From contig CAXBMO010000001.1 in NCBI GenBank assembly GCA_963977015.1, positions 32,001 through 96,000 of the forward strand: a stretch of 64,000 nucleotides of DNA, read 5' to 3'. This document shows, piece after piece, positions 47,739 to 59,218 of the stretch. This DNA comes from an uncultured bacterium. GTDB taxonomy: Bacteria; Verrucomicrobiota; Verrucomicrobiia; Verrucomicrobiales; DEV007. The translations under genes were made by a program, and so were the position numbers. A model generated the notes under the pieces. The model ran no database searches. It was not told where the DNA came from and was given only the letters and a program-made list of their open reading frames with translations. Each line of letters opens with the position of its first letter. Within the stretch, counting starts at the first letter, position 1.

Positions 47739-50700
47739 ATGGAAAAACTAGAAAGACGCTACTTCGGTAAACTTAAAGAGCCAATCACTCCACCGAACCT
47801 TATCGAGGTTCAGGTAGAGTCCTACGAGGAATTTTTGCAGCGTGATGTGCCTCCGAGCAAGCGCAAAATGACCGGACTGCATGCGGTTTTCAAGGAGGTC
47901 TTTCCGATCGACAGTTATGACGAGAAGTTCACGCTGGATTTTGTTACCTATGATGTGGGCGATCCAAAGCTCACGGCCTTGGAGGCATTGCGCGAGGGCG
48001 AGACCTTTAGCGCTCCGCTCTACGTAACGTTTTCGTTGAAGGAAGAGCAGGGGACCAAGGAAGAGCGGGTTTACATGGGTGAATTGCCACTGATGACCCG
48101 GCGCGGGACGTTTGTTATCAACGGTGCTGAGCGGGTTGTTGTCAGTCAGTTGCACCGTTCACCTGGTGTTTGCTTTGAACGGAGTTATCACCTGAACGGA
48201 AAAGAACTTCACGGCTTCCGAATTATTCCCGATCGCGGTTCCTGGCTCGAGGTTCAGTTCGACACGAACGATCTTCTTTACGTTTACCTGGATCGCCGCC
48301 GTCGCCGCCGGAAGTTTCTTGCGACGACCTTCCTCCGCGCAATCGGATTTGGCACGGATGAAGAGATCATTCGCGAATTTTACGACGTGGAGGAGATGAA
48401 GCTTCGCGAAGATATCGACGAAGAGATTCTCAGTTCGAAGGTTCCTTTCACCGACTTGCTCGATGGAGAGATTATTCTCTGTAAGGCTTATGAGCCAATG
48501 ACCATCGGCGTGGTGAAACAATTGATCGCTCTGGGCCACAAGAAAGTCCCGGTTGTTGATACCAGCAAGGACGACATCCTGCTCAAGTCTCTCAAGAAAG
48601 ATCCTGCACATGACGAGGAGGAGGCGCTCAAAGACATCTATCGTCGTTTGCGCCCTGGCGATCCGCCAACGGTTCCCAACTCTCGCGCTCTCTTGAAGCG
48701 GCTTTTCTTTGATCCGAAGAAATATGACCTGACTCGCGTTGGGCGCTACAAGATCAATCAGAAGTTGAACGTCGGTGTTGATGACGATCAGCGGGTTCTT
48801 GTGAAAGAGGACTTTGTTGCCGCTCTCAAATATCTCCTGAATCTCAAACAGGGTGAGGGCGTGCTCGACGATATCGATCACCTAGGAAGTCGACGCGTTC
48901 GCGCCGTTGGCGAACTTCTCGGCAACCAGTGCCGCGTGGGCTTGGCCCGCACCGAGCGCTTGGTGAAGGAGCGGATGACTCTCTTCGATGTCAACATCGA
49001 GGGGATGACGCCCCAGAAGCTGATCAATCCAAAAGCGCTGAGCGCTGTGGTTCGCGATTTCTTTGGTCGTTCCCAGCTCAGCCAGTTCATGGATCAGACC
49101 AACCCGCTGTCAGAGCTGACTCACAAACGTCGTCTTTCGGCGCTTGGACCGGGTGGTTTGAACCGCGATCGTGCCGGATTTGAAGTTCGCGACGTTCATC
49201 CTTCGCACTACGGCCGGATCTGCCCGATTGAGACTCCGGAAGGACCGAATATTGGTCTGATCAACTCCATGTCCACGTTTGCACGGATCAACGAGTTTGG
49301 TTTCATTGAAACTCCGTATCGCAAGATTGTGAAAGGGGTTGTGAAGCCGGAGATCGAATATCTGACGGCTGACCAGGAAGAGCAGCACTATATTGCCCAG
49401 GCCAACAATGAGTTTGATGAAAAGGGCAAGTTCCTCAACAAACGGATTACGGTTCGTTATCGGGGTGACTTCCTCGATCTGGAGCCAACCCAGTCCAGCT
49501 ACATGGACGTTTCCCCCAAGCAGCTGGTTTCGGTTGCTGCGGGATTGATTCCATTCCTGGAGCACGATGACGCGAACCGCGCATTGATGGGATCGAACAT
49601 GCAGCGCCAGGGCGTGCCATTGTTGATCTCTGACTCGCCCTACATTGGCACCGGAATGGAAGCCAAGGTGGCCCAGGATTCTCGTGCGGTGATGGTTGCT
49701 GAAGGCGACGGGATCGTTGCTGCTGCCACGGCGGAGATGATCGTCACTACCAAGGACGGAAAATTGCCGGTGACCGATCGGGAATTTCTTTCCAATCCCA
49801 ATTCGGTGAAGCCGAACAAGAGCAAGGGGATCTTCATCTACCCACTTCGCAAGTTCATGCGCTCCAACGCTGGAACCTGCATGAACCAGAAGCCAATCGT
49901 TCGTCTTGGTGAAAAGATCAAGGAAGGCGACATTCTCGCTGACGGTCCGAATACCGAATACGGTGAGTTGGCGCTTGGTCGAAATGTCCTCGTGGCATTC
50001 ATGCCTTGGAATGGTTACAACTTTGAGGATGCCATCACCATCAGTGAACGGGTCGTAAAGGAAGACGTCTACACATCGATTCACATTGATGAATTTGAAG
50101 TGGGAGCCCGGGACACGAAACTTGGACCTGAAGAAATCACCCGGGATATTCCCAATGTCGGTGAAGAGGCCCTTAAGAATCTGGCGCAGGACGGTGTCGT
50201 TCGTGTCGGCGCCGAGGTGAAGCCTGGCGATATTCTGGTCGGGAAGATTACTCCGAAGAGCGAAACCGAGCTGGCTCCGGAAGAGCGCCTGCTTCGCGCG
50301 ATCTTTGGAGAGAAAGCGGCCGACGTGAAAGATACTTCGCTTCGCGTCCCATCCGGTTGCACCGGCATCGTGATGGATGTTCGCGTTTCATCTCGAAACA
50401 CTCCTACCCGCCAGAAGTTGAGTAAGGCGGAGAAAGAGAAGCAGATGAAGGAGATCGATGAGGAGTGGAAGCGTAAGCGTGAAGAGTTGACCGATGAATT
50501 GACGGAGAAACTCAGCGACGTGTTGCTTGGTGAGAAAATTCCTCTGGATGTCGTCAACGGCCAAACTGGTGAGATCGTCATTCCTGCGAACAAGAAAATC
50601 ACGAAGACGCTGCTGCGGAAGCTTGCTGAAAGCTATGACACGATTGAGATCGATCCGAGCCCGATTCGCGTCAAGATCGTCGAGATCATTGGCGGATTTG

Positions 50701-51575
50701 AGCAGAAGTTCAGCGACGTCGATGAACAGCGGGATACCCGCCTTGATTCCATTGAAACGGGTGACGATGTCGATCCCGGCATCATCAAGCAGGTGAAAGT
50801 CTACGTCGCGAAAAAGCGCAAGCTCAGCGTGGGTGACAAAATGGCGGGTCGTCACGGGAACAAAGGGGTTGTTGCCAACATCGTTCCTGAGCAAGACATG
50901 CCCTTCCTTTCCGATGGAACGGTTGTTGATATCTGCCTGAATCCTCTCGGGGTGCCGAGCCGGATGAACGTTGGTCAGGTCTTGGAAACGCACTTGGGTG
51001 TCGCGGCCAAGGCTCTTGGATTCAAAGTTGCAACTCCGGTTTTCGACGGAATTTCCGAAGCCAAGGTCATGGAATACATGAAAGAAGCCAAGAAGGTGGA
51101 AGGATTCACTTGGATTGGCGAAAACGGAAAGTCCGAGCTCTTTGACGGACGAACCGGTGACCGGTTCCACCAAGAGGTGGTGGTTGGCATCATTTACATG
51201 CTGAAACTCGGCCACTTGGTTGAAGACAAGATCCACGCCCGTGCGGTTGGTCCTTACTCTTTGGTTACGCAGCAGCCTCTGGGCGGAAAGGCTCAGTATG
51301 GTGGTCAGCGTTTTGGAGAGATGGAGGTCTGGGCGCTCGAAGCCTACGGTGCCGCCTACACGCTTCAGGAACTTCTCACCGTCAAGTCTGACGATGTGCA
51401 GGGCCGGACCCGAATCTACGAGGCGATTGTGAAAGGCGACAACAACCTGGAGGCCGGGACTCCCGAATCCTTCAACGTGTTGATCAAGGAAATGCAGAGC
51501 TTGGGACTAAACGTAAAAGTCGGCCCAAGCAATCAATCTGAAGCTGAGCAAATTGAAAGTCTCGGCGCCGCCTAA
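47739..51575 (+). CDS. rpoB: RNA polymerase subunit beta
   Basis: [42 protein letters not shown]. Confidence 0.99.
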   Translation: MEKLERRYFGKLKEPITPPNLIEVQVESYEEFLQRDVPPSKRKMTGLHAVFKEVFPIDSYDEKFTLDFVTYDVGDPKLTALEALREGETFSAPLYVTFSLKEEQGTKEERVYMGELPLMTRRGTFVINGAERVVVSQLHRSPGVCFERSYHLNGKELHGFRIIPDRGSWLEVQFDTNDLLYVYLDRRRRRRKFLATTFLRAIGFGTDEEIIREFYDVEEMKLREDIDEEILSSKVPFTDLLDGEIILCKAYEPMTIGVVKQLIALGHKKVPVVDTSKDDILLKSLKKDPAHDEEEALKDIYRRLRPGDPPTVPNSRALLKRLFFDPKKYDLTRVGRYKINQKLNVGVDDDQRVLVKEDFVAALKYLLNLKQGEGVLDDIDHLGSRRVRAVGELLGNQCRVGLARTERLVKERMTLFDVNIEGMTPQKLINPKALSAVVRDFFGRSQLSQFMDQTNPLSELTHKRRLSALGPGGLNRDRAGFEVRDVHPSHYGRICPIETPEGPNIGLINSMSTFARINEFGFIETPYRKIVKGVVKPEIEYLTADQEEQHYIAQANNEFDEKGKFLNKRITVRYRGDFLDLEPTQSSYMDVSPKQLVSVAAGLIPFLEHDDANRALMGSNMQRQGVPLLISDSPYIGTGMEAKVAQDSRAVMVAEGDGIVAAATAEMIVTTKDGKLPVTDREFLSNPNSVKPNKSKGIFIYPLRKFMRSNAGTCMNQKPIVRLGEKIKEGDILADGPNTEYGELALGRNVLVAFMPWNGYNFEDAITISERVVKEDVYTSIHIDEFEVGARDTKLGPEEITRDIPNVGEEALKNLAQDGVVRVGAEVKPGDILVGKITPKSETELAPEERLLRAIFGEKAADVKDTSLRVPSGCTGIVMDVRVSSRNTPTRQKLSKAEKEKQMKEIDEEWKRKREELTDELTEKLSDVLLGEKIPLDVVNGQTGEIVIPANKKITKTLLRKLAESYDTIEIDPSPIRVKIVEIIGGFEQKFSDVDEQRDTRLDSIETGDDVDPGIIKQVKVYVAKKRKLSVGDKMAGRHGNKGVVANIVPEQDMPFLSDGTVVDICLNPLGVPSRMNVGQVLETHLGVAAKALGFKVATPVFDGISEAKVMEYMKEAKKVEGFTWIGENGKSELFDGRTGDRFHQEVVVGIIYMLKLGHLVEDKIHARAVGPYSLVTQQPLGGKAQYGGQRFGEMEVWALEAYGAAYTLQELLTVKSDDVQGRTRIYEAIVKGDNNLEAGTPESFNVLIKEMQSLGLNVKVGPSNQSEAEQIESLGAA

Positions 51576-51612
51576 ACCTCACTTCTGAATCAAATTTTAA
51601 GTTTCTCCACCC

Positions 51613-54600
51613 ATGGAAAATAGCGTCCAATCCCATCTAAAAGAACTCTTTGGCGGCGAGCTAAAGGGAAAAGGCTTTGACCAGGTCACCATCACTGTGG
51701 CCTCAGCCGACGTCATTCGCTCCTGGAGCGAAGGCGAGGTCAAGAATCCGGAAACCATCAACTATCGAACCTTTAAGCCGGAAAAAGGTGGCTTGTTCTG
51801 TGAGCGAATCTTCGGTCCTACCAAGGACTGGGAATGCGCCTGTGGAAAATACAAGCGGATCAAGCACAAAGGCGTGATCTGCGATCGTTGTGGTGTTGAA
51901 GTTACCTTGAGCCGTGTTCGTCGCGAGCGCATGGGCCACATCGAGTTGGCGGTCCCCGTCAGCCACATCTGGTTCTACAAGTGTATGCCATCCCGCATCG
52001 GTCTGATGCTCGACATGAGCGCACGCCACCTTGAGCGTGTCATCTATTACGAGGATTACATTGTGATCGAGCCGGGCAATACACCGCTTGAGGCTGGACA
52101 ATTGCTGACGGAAATGGAGTGGCGCGAAGCTGAGGAAGAATATGGCGAAGACTCGTTCCGGGTGGGAATGGGGGCTGAAGCTGTGAAAGAGCTTCTTTCT
52201 CAGGCGAACTTGGCAGAATTGGTCACTGAGCTTGAAGAAGCGATGACCAAGACTCGCTCCAAGCAGATCCGTAAGAAACTGGCCAAGCGTTTGAAGCTGG
52301 CCCAGGGATTCGCCAGTTCGCACACGCGTCCTGAGTGGATGATCCTGGAAGTGCTTCCGGTTATCCCTCCAGATTTGCGACCACTGGTTCCATTGGAAGG
52401 CGGTCGCTTCGCGACGTCGGATCTCAACGATCTCTATCGCCGTGTCATCAACCGGAACAACCGCTTGAAGAACCTGCTGCAACTCAAAACTCCGGATGTG
52501 ATTATCCGGAACGAGAAGCGGATGCTTCAGGAAGCCGTTGACGCCTTGTTCGACAACGGACGCCACGGCCGTGCGGTCACCGGAGCTGGAAACCGTGCAC
52601 TCAAGTCGCTTAGCGATATGCTGAAGGGTAAGAGTGGTCGTTTCCGTCAAAACTTGCTCGGAAAACGGGTCGATTACTCGGGACGTTCCGTCATCGTTAT
52701 CGGACCTGAACTGAAGTTGGGACAATGTGGATTGCCGAAGAAGATGGCTTTGGTTCTGTTCGAGCCATTCATCATTCGCCGTCTTAAAGAGATGAATTTC
52801 GTGCACACGGTGCGAAGCGCGAAGAAGATGATTGAGCGCCGGACTCCTGAAGTCTGGGACATCTTGGAAGAAGTGACCAAAGGGCACCCGGTGATGTTGA
52901 ACCGGGCCCCAACCTTGCACCGTCTTTCGATCCAGGCTTTCGAGCCGGTGTTGATCGAAGGGTCTGCGATCCGTTTGCATCCGCTGGTTTGTGGAGCTTA
53001 CAACGCTGACTTCGATGGCGACCAGATGGCAGTTCACGTTCCTCTCTCGATCGAGGCTCAGCTGGAAGCGCGCATGTTGATGCTTGCTCCAAACAACATC
53101 TTCTCGCCTTCATCCGGTCGACCAGTTACGACTCCGTCTCAGGATATTACGCTGGGTTGTTATCATCTGACGTGGACGAAACAGCTTCCCATCCGCGAAG
53201 ACGACAAGCTGAAGACGCTTCCGTTGTTTGCCGATATGGGTGAGGTTGAGTTTGCGGTTGCAACTCGCCGGGTTCACATCCACGACGCGATTCGCCTCAA
53301 GAATCCTGACTTCGGAACCGACACGGTTTACGGAGAGAAAGACATCAAAGTCATCGTGACCACGCCAGGACGAGTCCGGTTTAATGAGATCTGGCCTGAG
53401 GGGCTTGGTTTCATTAATAAGACTGCCGGTAAAAAGGTGCTCGGCGACGTGATTTGGCGTTGTTACCAAGTTGCCGGTCAAGACGGAACGGTTCTTGCCC
53501 TTGATCGCCTTAAGAACCTTGGGTTCCGCGAAGCTACTCGATCCGGTGCGTCGATTGGAATTAGCGACATGGTAATTCCGGTCGAGAAGCGTGGAGCTCT
53601 CGACAAGGCTTATGAGCAGTTGGAAGTCGTCGAGACTCAGTACGCTCGGGGTATCATTACCAATGGTGAGCGATACAACCGCGTGATTGATATCTGGACT
53701 GACGCAGGTGATGAGATCACGAAGGCTCTGTTCAGAACGATTGAGTTTAACGATGGTAAAGCCGCTCCAAACCCACTCTTCATGATGGTTGACTCTGGAG
53801 CCCGTGGTAACCGCCAGCAGATCAAGCAGCTCTCCGGAATGCGTGGACTGATGGCCAAGCCAAGTGGTGAGATTATCGAACGTCCTATTACGTCGAACTT
53901 CCGCGAGGGATTGAGCGTGTTGGAATACTTCATCTCAACTCACGGAGCTCGTAAAGGTCTTGCGGATACGGCGTTGAAGACGGCTGACTCCGGATACTTG
54001 ACTAGGAAGCTGGTTGATGTTGCACAGGACGTGATCATCACTGAGCACGATTGTGGCACTGTAAACGGTATCGTAGTCGCTCCGATTTATGAGGGTGACG
54101 AGGAAGTCGTCGATTTGCAGACTCGAACCTACGGGCGAGTCAGCGCCGAACGCGTGAAGGATCCGGTCAGCGGCAAAGTCGTTGTCGATCTGAATGAATT
54201 GATCGATGAAGGTGCCGCAAACCGCTTGGCTGCGGTTGGATGTGAGCAATTGAAAATCCGCTCCGTTCTCACCTGCGAATCAACAGCAGGATGTTGCGCC
54301 CTTTGCTACGGCATGAGTCTCGCAACTCAGAAGATGGCACAAGAAGGCGCGGCCGTCGGTATTGTTGCCGCTCAGTCCATTGGAGAGCCGGGAACGCAGC
54401 TTACGATGCGGACCTTCCACGTTGGTGGTGTTGCCGCCCACTCCTTGAAGCAACCGATTATCAAGCTCAAGCATTCCGGAGCACTTCACTACAACAATCT
54501 CCGAACGGTAGAGAGTGTGGATGGCCGCTGGGTTGTCCTTAGTAAGAACGGTAGCATCAGCGTTCACGATGCCGATGGTCGTGAGCTCGAGAGCCACAAT

Positions 54601-55779
54601 CTGGTGGTTGGTTCAGAGATTTCCAAGCCCGATAACGCCAAGGTCAAATCCGGCGAGACAATCGTGCAATGGGATCAGCACAACATTCCGATTATTACGG
54701 AAAAAGGTGGTGTGATCGAGTTCCGTGACATGATTCTCGGAATTACCGTTGCGAAGAAAGCAGAGGAATCTTCTGGCGGAGAAAGCATGGTGGTCGTTGA
54801 GCACAAGGAGGATTTGCATCCACAGATTGTGATCAAGGATCCCAAGACCAAAGAGCATCTCGCGAACTACTCGATTCCTGCCGGGGCTCACTTGTCGGTC
54901 GAAGAAGGCCAGAAGGTAACGGGTGGAACCATGGTCGCCAAAACGCCACGGAAAGTTGCCAAGACGAAGGATATTACCGGTGGTCTGCCTCGAGTAGCCG
55001 AACTGTTTGAAGCTCGTAAGCCCAAAGATTCTGCGGAGATCGCAAAGATCGATGGAATTGTGGAGCAGAGCGGCATGGCTCGCGGTAAAAAGCGGCTCAT
55101 CATTACCGACCCGGATACCGGGGAGGAAGAAGAGCATCTCATCCCAATGAACAAACACATCGTTGCCCAAAACGGTGAGTTGGTTGAAAAGGGATCGCAA
55201 CTTACCGAAGGCCCCGTTGTTCCTCACGAAATTCTGGAGATTTGCGGACCTCACGAGTTGCAGGAACACTTGGTCAACGAAGTCCAGGAGGTCTATCGCC
55301 TCCAGGGTGTGGAGATCAACGACAAGCACATTGAGATCATCATCCGCCAAATGTTGCGGAAGGTGAAAGTGACCGATCCGGGCGACACGCATTTCCTCTG
55401 GGGAGACCAAATCGAGCGAATCGATTTTGAACTCACCAACAAGGATATCGAAGAACAGGGTGGTAAACCTGCTGAAGGTGAACCCGTCCTTCTTGGGATC
55501 ACCAAGGCTTCATTGGAAACCGACAGCTTCATCTCTGCGGCTTCCTTCCAGGACACGACTCGAGTTCTGACTGATGCGGCGACACTAGGAAAAGTGGATA
55601 CCCTTCGTGGATTCAAGGAAAACGTGATCATGGGTCACCTCATTCCCGCGGGAACTGGTTTCCACCTTGCGCGGAACATTGAAATTCAAGCCACGGTGGA
55701 ACCTGAAAAACCAAGCGAGCCTGAATTCGTCGAAGAAGACGAAGAATCCATCGAGCCAGATTTTGTGGCGATGGATTAA
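51613..55779 (+). CDS. rpoC: RNA polymerase subunit beta-prime
   Basis: Zn finger CACGKYK...CDRC, NADFDGD active site, [13 protein letters not shown]. Confidence 0.99.
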   Translation: MENSVQSHLKELFGGELKGKGFDQVTITVASADVIRSWSEGEVKNPETINYRTFKPEKGGLFCERIFGPTKDWECACGKYKRIKHKGVICDRCGVEVTLSRVRRERMGHIELAVPVSHIWFYKCMPSRIGLMLDMSARHLERVIYYEDYIVIEPGNTPLEAGQLLTEMEWREAEEEYGEDSFRVGMGAEAVKELLSQANLAELVTELEEAMTKTRSKQIRKKLAKRLKLAQGFASSHTRPEWMILEVLPVIPPDLRPLVPLEGGRFATSDLNDLYRRVINRNNRLKNLLQLKTPDVIIRNEKRMLQEAVDALFDNGRHGRAVTGAGNRALKSLSDMLKGKSGRFRQNLLGKRVDYSGRSVIVIGPELKLGQCGLPKKMALVLFEPFIIRRLKEMNFVHTVRSAKKMIERRTPEVWDILEEVTKGHPVMLNRAPTLHRLSIQAFEPVLIEGSAIRLHPLVCGAYNADFDGDQMAVHVPLSIEAQLEARMLMLAPNNIFSPSSGRPVTTPSQDITLGCYHLTWTKQLPIREDDKLKTLPLFADMGEVEFAVATRRVHIHDAIRLKNPDFGTDTVYGEKDIKVIVTTPGRVRFNEIWPEGLGFINKTAGKKVLGDVIWRCYQVAGQDGTVLALDRLKNLGFREATRSGASIGISDMVIPVEKRGALDKAYEQLEVVETQYARGIITNGERYNRVIDIWTDAGDEITKALFRTIEFNDGKAAPNPLFMMVDSGARGNRQQIKQLSGMRGLMAKPSGEIIERPITSNFREGLSVLEYFISTHGARKGLADTALKTADSGYLTRKLVDVAQDVIITEHDCGTVNGIVVAPIYEGDEEVVDLQTRTYGRVSAERVKDPVSGKVVVDLNELIDEGAANRLAAVGCEQLKIRSVLTCESTAGCCALCYGMSLATQKMAQEGAAVGIVAAQSIGEPGTQLTMRTFHVGGVAAHSLKQPIIKLKHSGALHYNNLRTVESVDGRWVVLSKNGSISVHDADGRELESHNLVVGSEISKPDNAKVKSGETIVQWDQHNIPIITEKGGVIEFRDMILGITVAKKAEESSGGESMVVVEHKEDLHPQIVIKDPKTKEHLANYSIPAGAHLSVEEGQKVTGGTMVAKTPRKVAKTKDITGGLPRVAELFEARKPKDSAEIAKIDGIVEQSGMARGKKRLIITDPDTGEEEEHLIPMNKHIVAQNGELVEKGSQLTEGPVVPHEILEICGPHELQEHLVNEVQEVYRLQGVEINDKHIEIIIRQMLRKVKVTDPGDTHFLWGDQIERIDFELTNKDIEEQGGKPAEGEPVLLGITKASLETDSFISAASFQDTTRVLTDAATLGKVDTLRGFKENVIMGHLIPAGTGFHLARNIEIQATVEPEKPSEPEFVEEDEESIEPDFVAMD

Positions 55780-55816
55780 GGTTCGCGATTCCGAGCCGAA
55801 ATACTTCTTACCAATT

Positions 55817-55853
55817 AGGCGCGTCTGTTCGATATCGGGCAGGCGCGCCTTTT
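55817..55853 (+). terminator. Intrinsic terminator after rpoC
   Basis: AGGCGCGTCTGTTCG-ATAT-CGGGCAGGCGCGCCT-TTT; the G-U pairs fit the + strand. Confidence 0.8.
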
Positions 55854-56151
55854 GGTTTCGGGGCTCTGAGTGAATATCGGCACAGAAAAGGCCCCGTTTG
55901 AAATAGGGGCCGCTTCAATTTTGTGCCTGCCAGATATTTTCCCGATCGGGTTGTCGCTCTCTGGCGAGAGTGAGATGTCGCTTACCGTGGAGAGGGGGCC
56001 GACACCTTGTTGAGAGGGACGCAGAGGTGATCTGCGATCGGCAAGAACTCAGTACGAAGCCAAAAATACTGTTGTCGATCTTCCGTTAGCCGTCCTGTGC
56101 TCGTTGTTCGAGCTTCTCCAAATCATTGGATATCAGTTCACTGAAAGTGCT

Positions 56152-57105
56152 CTAGTCCTGATCTTGGGAACCGACGGTTCCCTTTGGCTTGTCGGGATCT
56201 TCGCGAACAAAGACGCGCATTTGGCCAAACCCTGTTCGTTCGCCAGTCTTCAACTTGAGTTGGAGGGTGTGGCCATCCTTGTCGATTTCAATTTTGTCAG
56301 CCATCTCCAAGCCCTGCACAGTCAAACCTTCAATCGGGTCATCAAAGGTGATGCTGCGAACGACGAACTCGTTGGAGTCCTGTTCGCTCTCGTCCCCATC
56401 CAGTTGAATCAGGTAACTTCGCATCCCATCACTGGGAACTTCGCGAGCCCCTCCCTCACCCGGAGTTTGGTCCATGGTGATTTGTTGGCCTGGTTCAAGA
56501 CTGGTTTCTTTTTCGACCACGACAGTGGGGCCAGGCTCACTCGAACCAATGACCACAGAGCCATAGTTGTTGGTGGCACTTTGGCCGTCCAGCATCGGTA
56601 ATTTGTGGGTTGGATTTGCGGCCAACGTGCTTTCAGGTCTTTCGGAATCTCCAGATTCCCATTCCATCGCGTCCGTGGCGACCAATGGTTGGTTCGATTC
56701 CGAAGAGTTAAAGAAATCGGGTGCGACGTAGACTGCCACGATGATCGCTGCAGCTGCCGCAATTCCTGCGGACCAAGCAATCTTACGACTCCCTGGAAAT
56801 GTGATGATTTTCGAGCCGTTGATCTTGTCGTCGGCTTCTTTGAGTTTGGGAATCAACTCGGCGATGAATTCCTCGGATGTTTCCTGGGCCCTGACCCGGG
56901 TTTCCAAACCGTCGAGAAAGGCCGAAAAGGAGCGCTCCGGGTTCAAGCTCTGTTCCAGCAGGTCTACGAAGGCTAGTTCGCTCTTGGCCTTCTGAACCCG
57001 GACTGGATCCTGAGTCAGGAGTTCCGCGAACTCGTCTGTTTGGCTCGGAGAAAGATCTCCATCGACCAATTCGCTCAATAGTTCCTGATATCGTTCAGCA
57101 CTCAT
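56152..57105 (-). CDS. Putative anti-sigma factor (cytoplasmic N-terminal domain, one TM helix, periplasmic domain)
   Basis: LL..LVDG.LS anti-sigma-type N-terminus, W.AGIAAAAAII TM helix; ATGA overlap with the ECF sigma gene. Confidence 0.75.
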   Translation of the reverse strand: MSAERYQELLSELVDGDLSPSQTDEFAELLTQDPVRVQKAKSELAFVDLLEQSLNPERSFSAFLDGLETRVRAQETSEEFIAELIPKLKEADDKINGSKIITFPGSRKIAWSAGIAAAAAIIVAVYVAPDFFNSSESNQPLVATDAMEWESGDSERPESTLAANPTHKLPMLDGQSATNNYGSVVIGSSEPGPTVVVEKETSLEPGQQITMDQTPGEGGAREVPSDGMRSYLIQLDGDESEQDSNEFVVRSITFDDPIEGLTVQGLEMADKIEIDKDGHTLQLKLKTGERTGFGQMRVFVREDPDKPKGTVGSQDQD

Positions 57106-57647
57106 ATTTGTGGTTGGGTTGTAGTCTCCGCGAGACGCAGCTCCATACATTTTCGGATCTGGGCGCGGATGCGTTCTAACGACTTCCGCACAGCAGCAGC
57201 TTTCATACCCAGAACCTCTGCCAGATCAGAAGCTCTGACATTTTTTTCATAACGTTGGCGAACCATCTCCCGGCTTTTCCCGGGAATTTGGTCCAAACAC
57301 TCTTTTAAAGCCCGGACTCGACTGCGGTCCTCATCGGTCATTCCCTCTTCCTCATCAGAGGCGCTGGAAGTCGACATCAAAATGTCGGTCACATTGTCGT
57401 GGAGTATCCGGCTCCTCCGCGCCGATTTGCGGCGGTCATTGAGAACACAATTGCGGGCAATTCCCCAGACCCAGTTGCGGAATGGCAGAGTCTCGTCGTA
57501 TTGGTCGCGCCGTTCGTAGGCGATAACGAGGGCCTCCTGGGCCACATCATCAACCCACATGCCATCAATGCCGAGAGATCGAATAAATGCTCTCAAGCCG
57601 GCTTGGTGTTCTCGCACCTGTTCTACAAATTGTTCGTTGCTGAGCAT
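57102..57647 (-). CDS. ECF sigma-70 family RNA polymerase sigma factor
   Basis: LRAFIRSL, DDVAQE, F..W..GIARN (region 2); AL..CL, RY, AVRKSL.RIR..IR.C (region 4). Confidence 0.93.
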   Translation of the reverse strand: MLSNEQFVEQVREHQAGLRAFIRSLGIDGMWVDDVAQEALVIAYERRDQYDETLPFRNWVWGIARNCVLNDRRKSARRSRILHDNVTDILMSTSSASDEEEGMTDEDRSRVRALKECLDQIPGKSREMVRQRYEKNVRASDLAEVLGMKAAAVRKSLERIRAQIRKCMELRLAETTTQPQI

Positions 57648-57923
57648 AGGTTTGCTTGCATAAGAAGATTGTCATGAAACTCCCAGATGTGACAGCCGAA
57701 AAATGTTGAGCAATTGATCCTTGGATGATGCAAAAGTGCCCTCGCAAATTTTCAACGTATCCGTCACACCGGGAGTTTGAGAGACAACTCTTCCCTGGAA
57801 GGCGCGAATTCTAGAATTTCGTTACTTCCACTCCCAATTTTTTAACCACCACAGAACTGTGGGAGGAGGAATGGTCGCTCATCCTTCTAAACACAGCCCA
57901 CAGCGCCTCTCATACCCTGCCCG

Positions 57924-57979
57924 CCTTGGTCGGCGTCTTCAGTTACCCAACTGGACTGCCGACCAAGGTTTTTTCTTTT
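57924..57979 (+). terminator. Strong intrinsic terminator in the sigma/ompA spacer
   Basis: CCTTGGTCGGC-GTC-TT-CAGTT-ACCC-AACTG-GAC-T-GCCGACCAAGG followed by TTTTTTCTTTT. Confidence 0.85.
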
Positions 57980-58122
57980 CGGGGAGGGTTTGTATTCGCC
58001 AAAGTTTAAAATTTTTGGCAAAAAAGGGTTCCGTTTTTGCAACTTAGTTGGTCTGCATAGCTTGTGAAGCGGGTGCCACGTGGTATCTTTTTCAGAATTT
58101 CCAAAAGACGCCTGAAAATTCG

Positions 58123-59211
58123 ATGCTCTCAGCCAAACAGACCGGCATTTTGCTGCTTCTCCTTGTTTTGACAGGAGTGTTTTCCGGTTTTGTGAGCACG
58201 ACTTATCAGGAAAAAGTTGAAGTCGAGCTGCTGGCGAGAGTCGGGGAGGCGCTTCACGCGGATCCGATGCTGCAAAGCGTTGAGCCTGTGTTTGATGGCT
58301 TGACGGGAATGCTGGATGGGATCGTCGCGGAACCGAGTCTGATTAAACATGCTCAAGAGGTTGCCGAGCGAGCGGCTCCCGGAGTGCGTTTTGTCGAAAA
58401 CCGGATCAGTCTGGCAAGCGAGTCACCGCGGCTGCAGGCAGAGTTTGAGGGGAATTCCTTGGTCCTGCGTGGTGAAGTCTCCGATGTGAACATTCGGGAT
58501 CAGCTTGTTAAAATGGCGGCGAATCTTGAACATGTGGAGGAAGTTCGCGATCAGCTGGCAGTCGATGCAGGCGTGCGGAGGGCAGAATGGATGACGAGTT
58601 TTGTGGAATTCTTGCCCCAATTTGTGGGAGTCGCGACGGTTGGTGTTGCTGAAGCGACCGATGGGAGTTGGTCGCTGGTTGGCGAAGTCGAGGGGCCGAA
58701 AATACGGCAGGACTTGATCGCGACTTGGGAGAAGATTGTCCCGGGGGGAGCAGATCTAAAATTGGCTGATTTGAAAGTGAAGCAATCCGGGGCTGAGCGG
58801 ACCAAAAAGCCTTCATCCGGAGAGCAATCGCACGTCGGCTCGGAAGCGACTGTGGAGTCGCAACTTGCGGATCGTCTAGAGCAACTGACGGTCTATTTTC
58901 CGGTCAATTCCAGTCTCATGGATGAGTTGGAAGAAGCCAAATTGGTCGAAGTCGCCAACGTTCTCCATGAACTCAAGGGGAGGCAGGAGCTGGAGCTGGT
59001 CGCTTTCAGTGACAATCAGGGCGATTCGGAATACAATTTGTGGCTCAGTAACAAGCGGGCGGTTCGGGTGCGGGATTCGTTGCAGGCGAAAGGTGTCGTC
59101 ATTCGCTCGACCCGAGTGGAGAAGTCGCCAATTGAGCAGGGATCAGGCAATGACCGAACCATAGATCAATTGCAGCAGCAACGGCGCGTCGAGTTGCGAC
59201 TCGTGAAGTAG
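58123..59211 (+). CDS. BON + OmpA-like C-terminal domain membrane protein (ArfA/Rv0899-like architecture)
   Basis: N-terminal TM helix; BON-like units (LDGIV...VENRI, LVLRGEV...VRDQLAV); OmpA-C motifs YF..NS, SDNQG...YN..LS.KRA..V, RRVE. Confidence 0.8.
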   Translation: MLSAKQTGILLLLLVLTGVFSGFVSTTYQEKVEVELLARVGEALHADPMLQSVEPVFDGLTGMLDGIVAEPSLIKHAQEVAERAAPGVRFVENRISLASESPRLQAEFEGNSLVLRGEVSDVNIRDQLVKMAANLEHVEEVRDQLAVDAGVRRAEWMTSFVEFLPQFVGVATVGVAEATDGSWSLVGEVEGPKIRQDLIATWEKIVPGGADLKLADLKVKQSGAERTKKPSSGEQSHVGSEATVESQLADRLEQLTVYFPVNSSLMDELEEAKLVEVANVLHELKGRQELELVAFSDNQGDSEYNLWLSNKRAVRVRDSLQAKGVVIRSTRVEKSPIEQGSGNDRTIDQLQQQRRVELRLVK

Positions 59212-59218
59212 ACTTACC

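Noticed and set aside
48290-48315. Poly-Arg tract DRRRRRRKF in RpoB as a repeat expansion
   Set aside because: Mixed codons, in frame, at a position where I recall related PVC-group RpoBs have a basic insert; most likely a lineage trait.
49060-49160. Rifampicin-resistance substitutions in RpoB cluster I
   Set aside because: [29 protein letters not shown] carries the usual sensitive-type Q, D, H, R and S residues.
55890-56090. Possible tRNA-Sec (TTCAAA loop on the minus strand; GATCTTCCG like the selC end)
   Set aside because: The pieces are too far apart and in the wrong arrangement; no T-arm or cloverleaf can be built.
57859-58047. 62-aa ORF in the sigma/ompA spacer as a protein gene
   Set aside because: It runs through a strong terminator and its composition is not protein-like; kept only as a possible regulatory upstream ORF.
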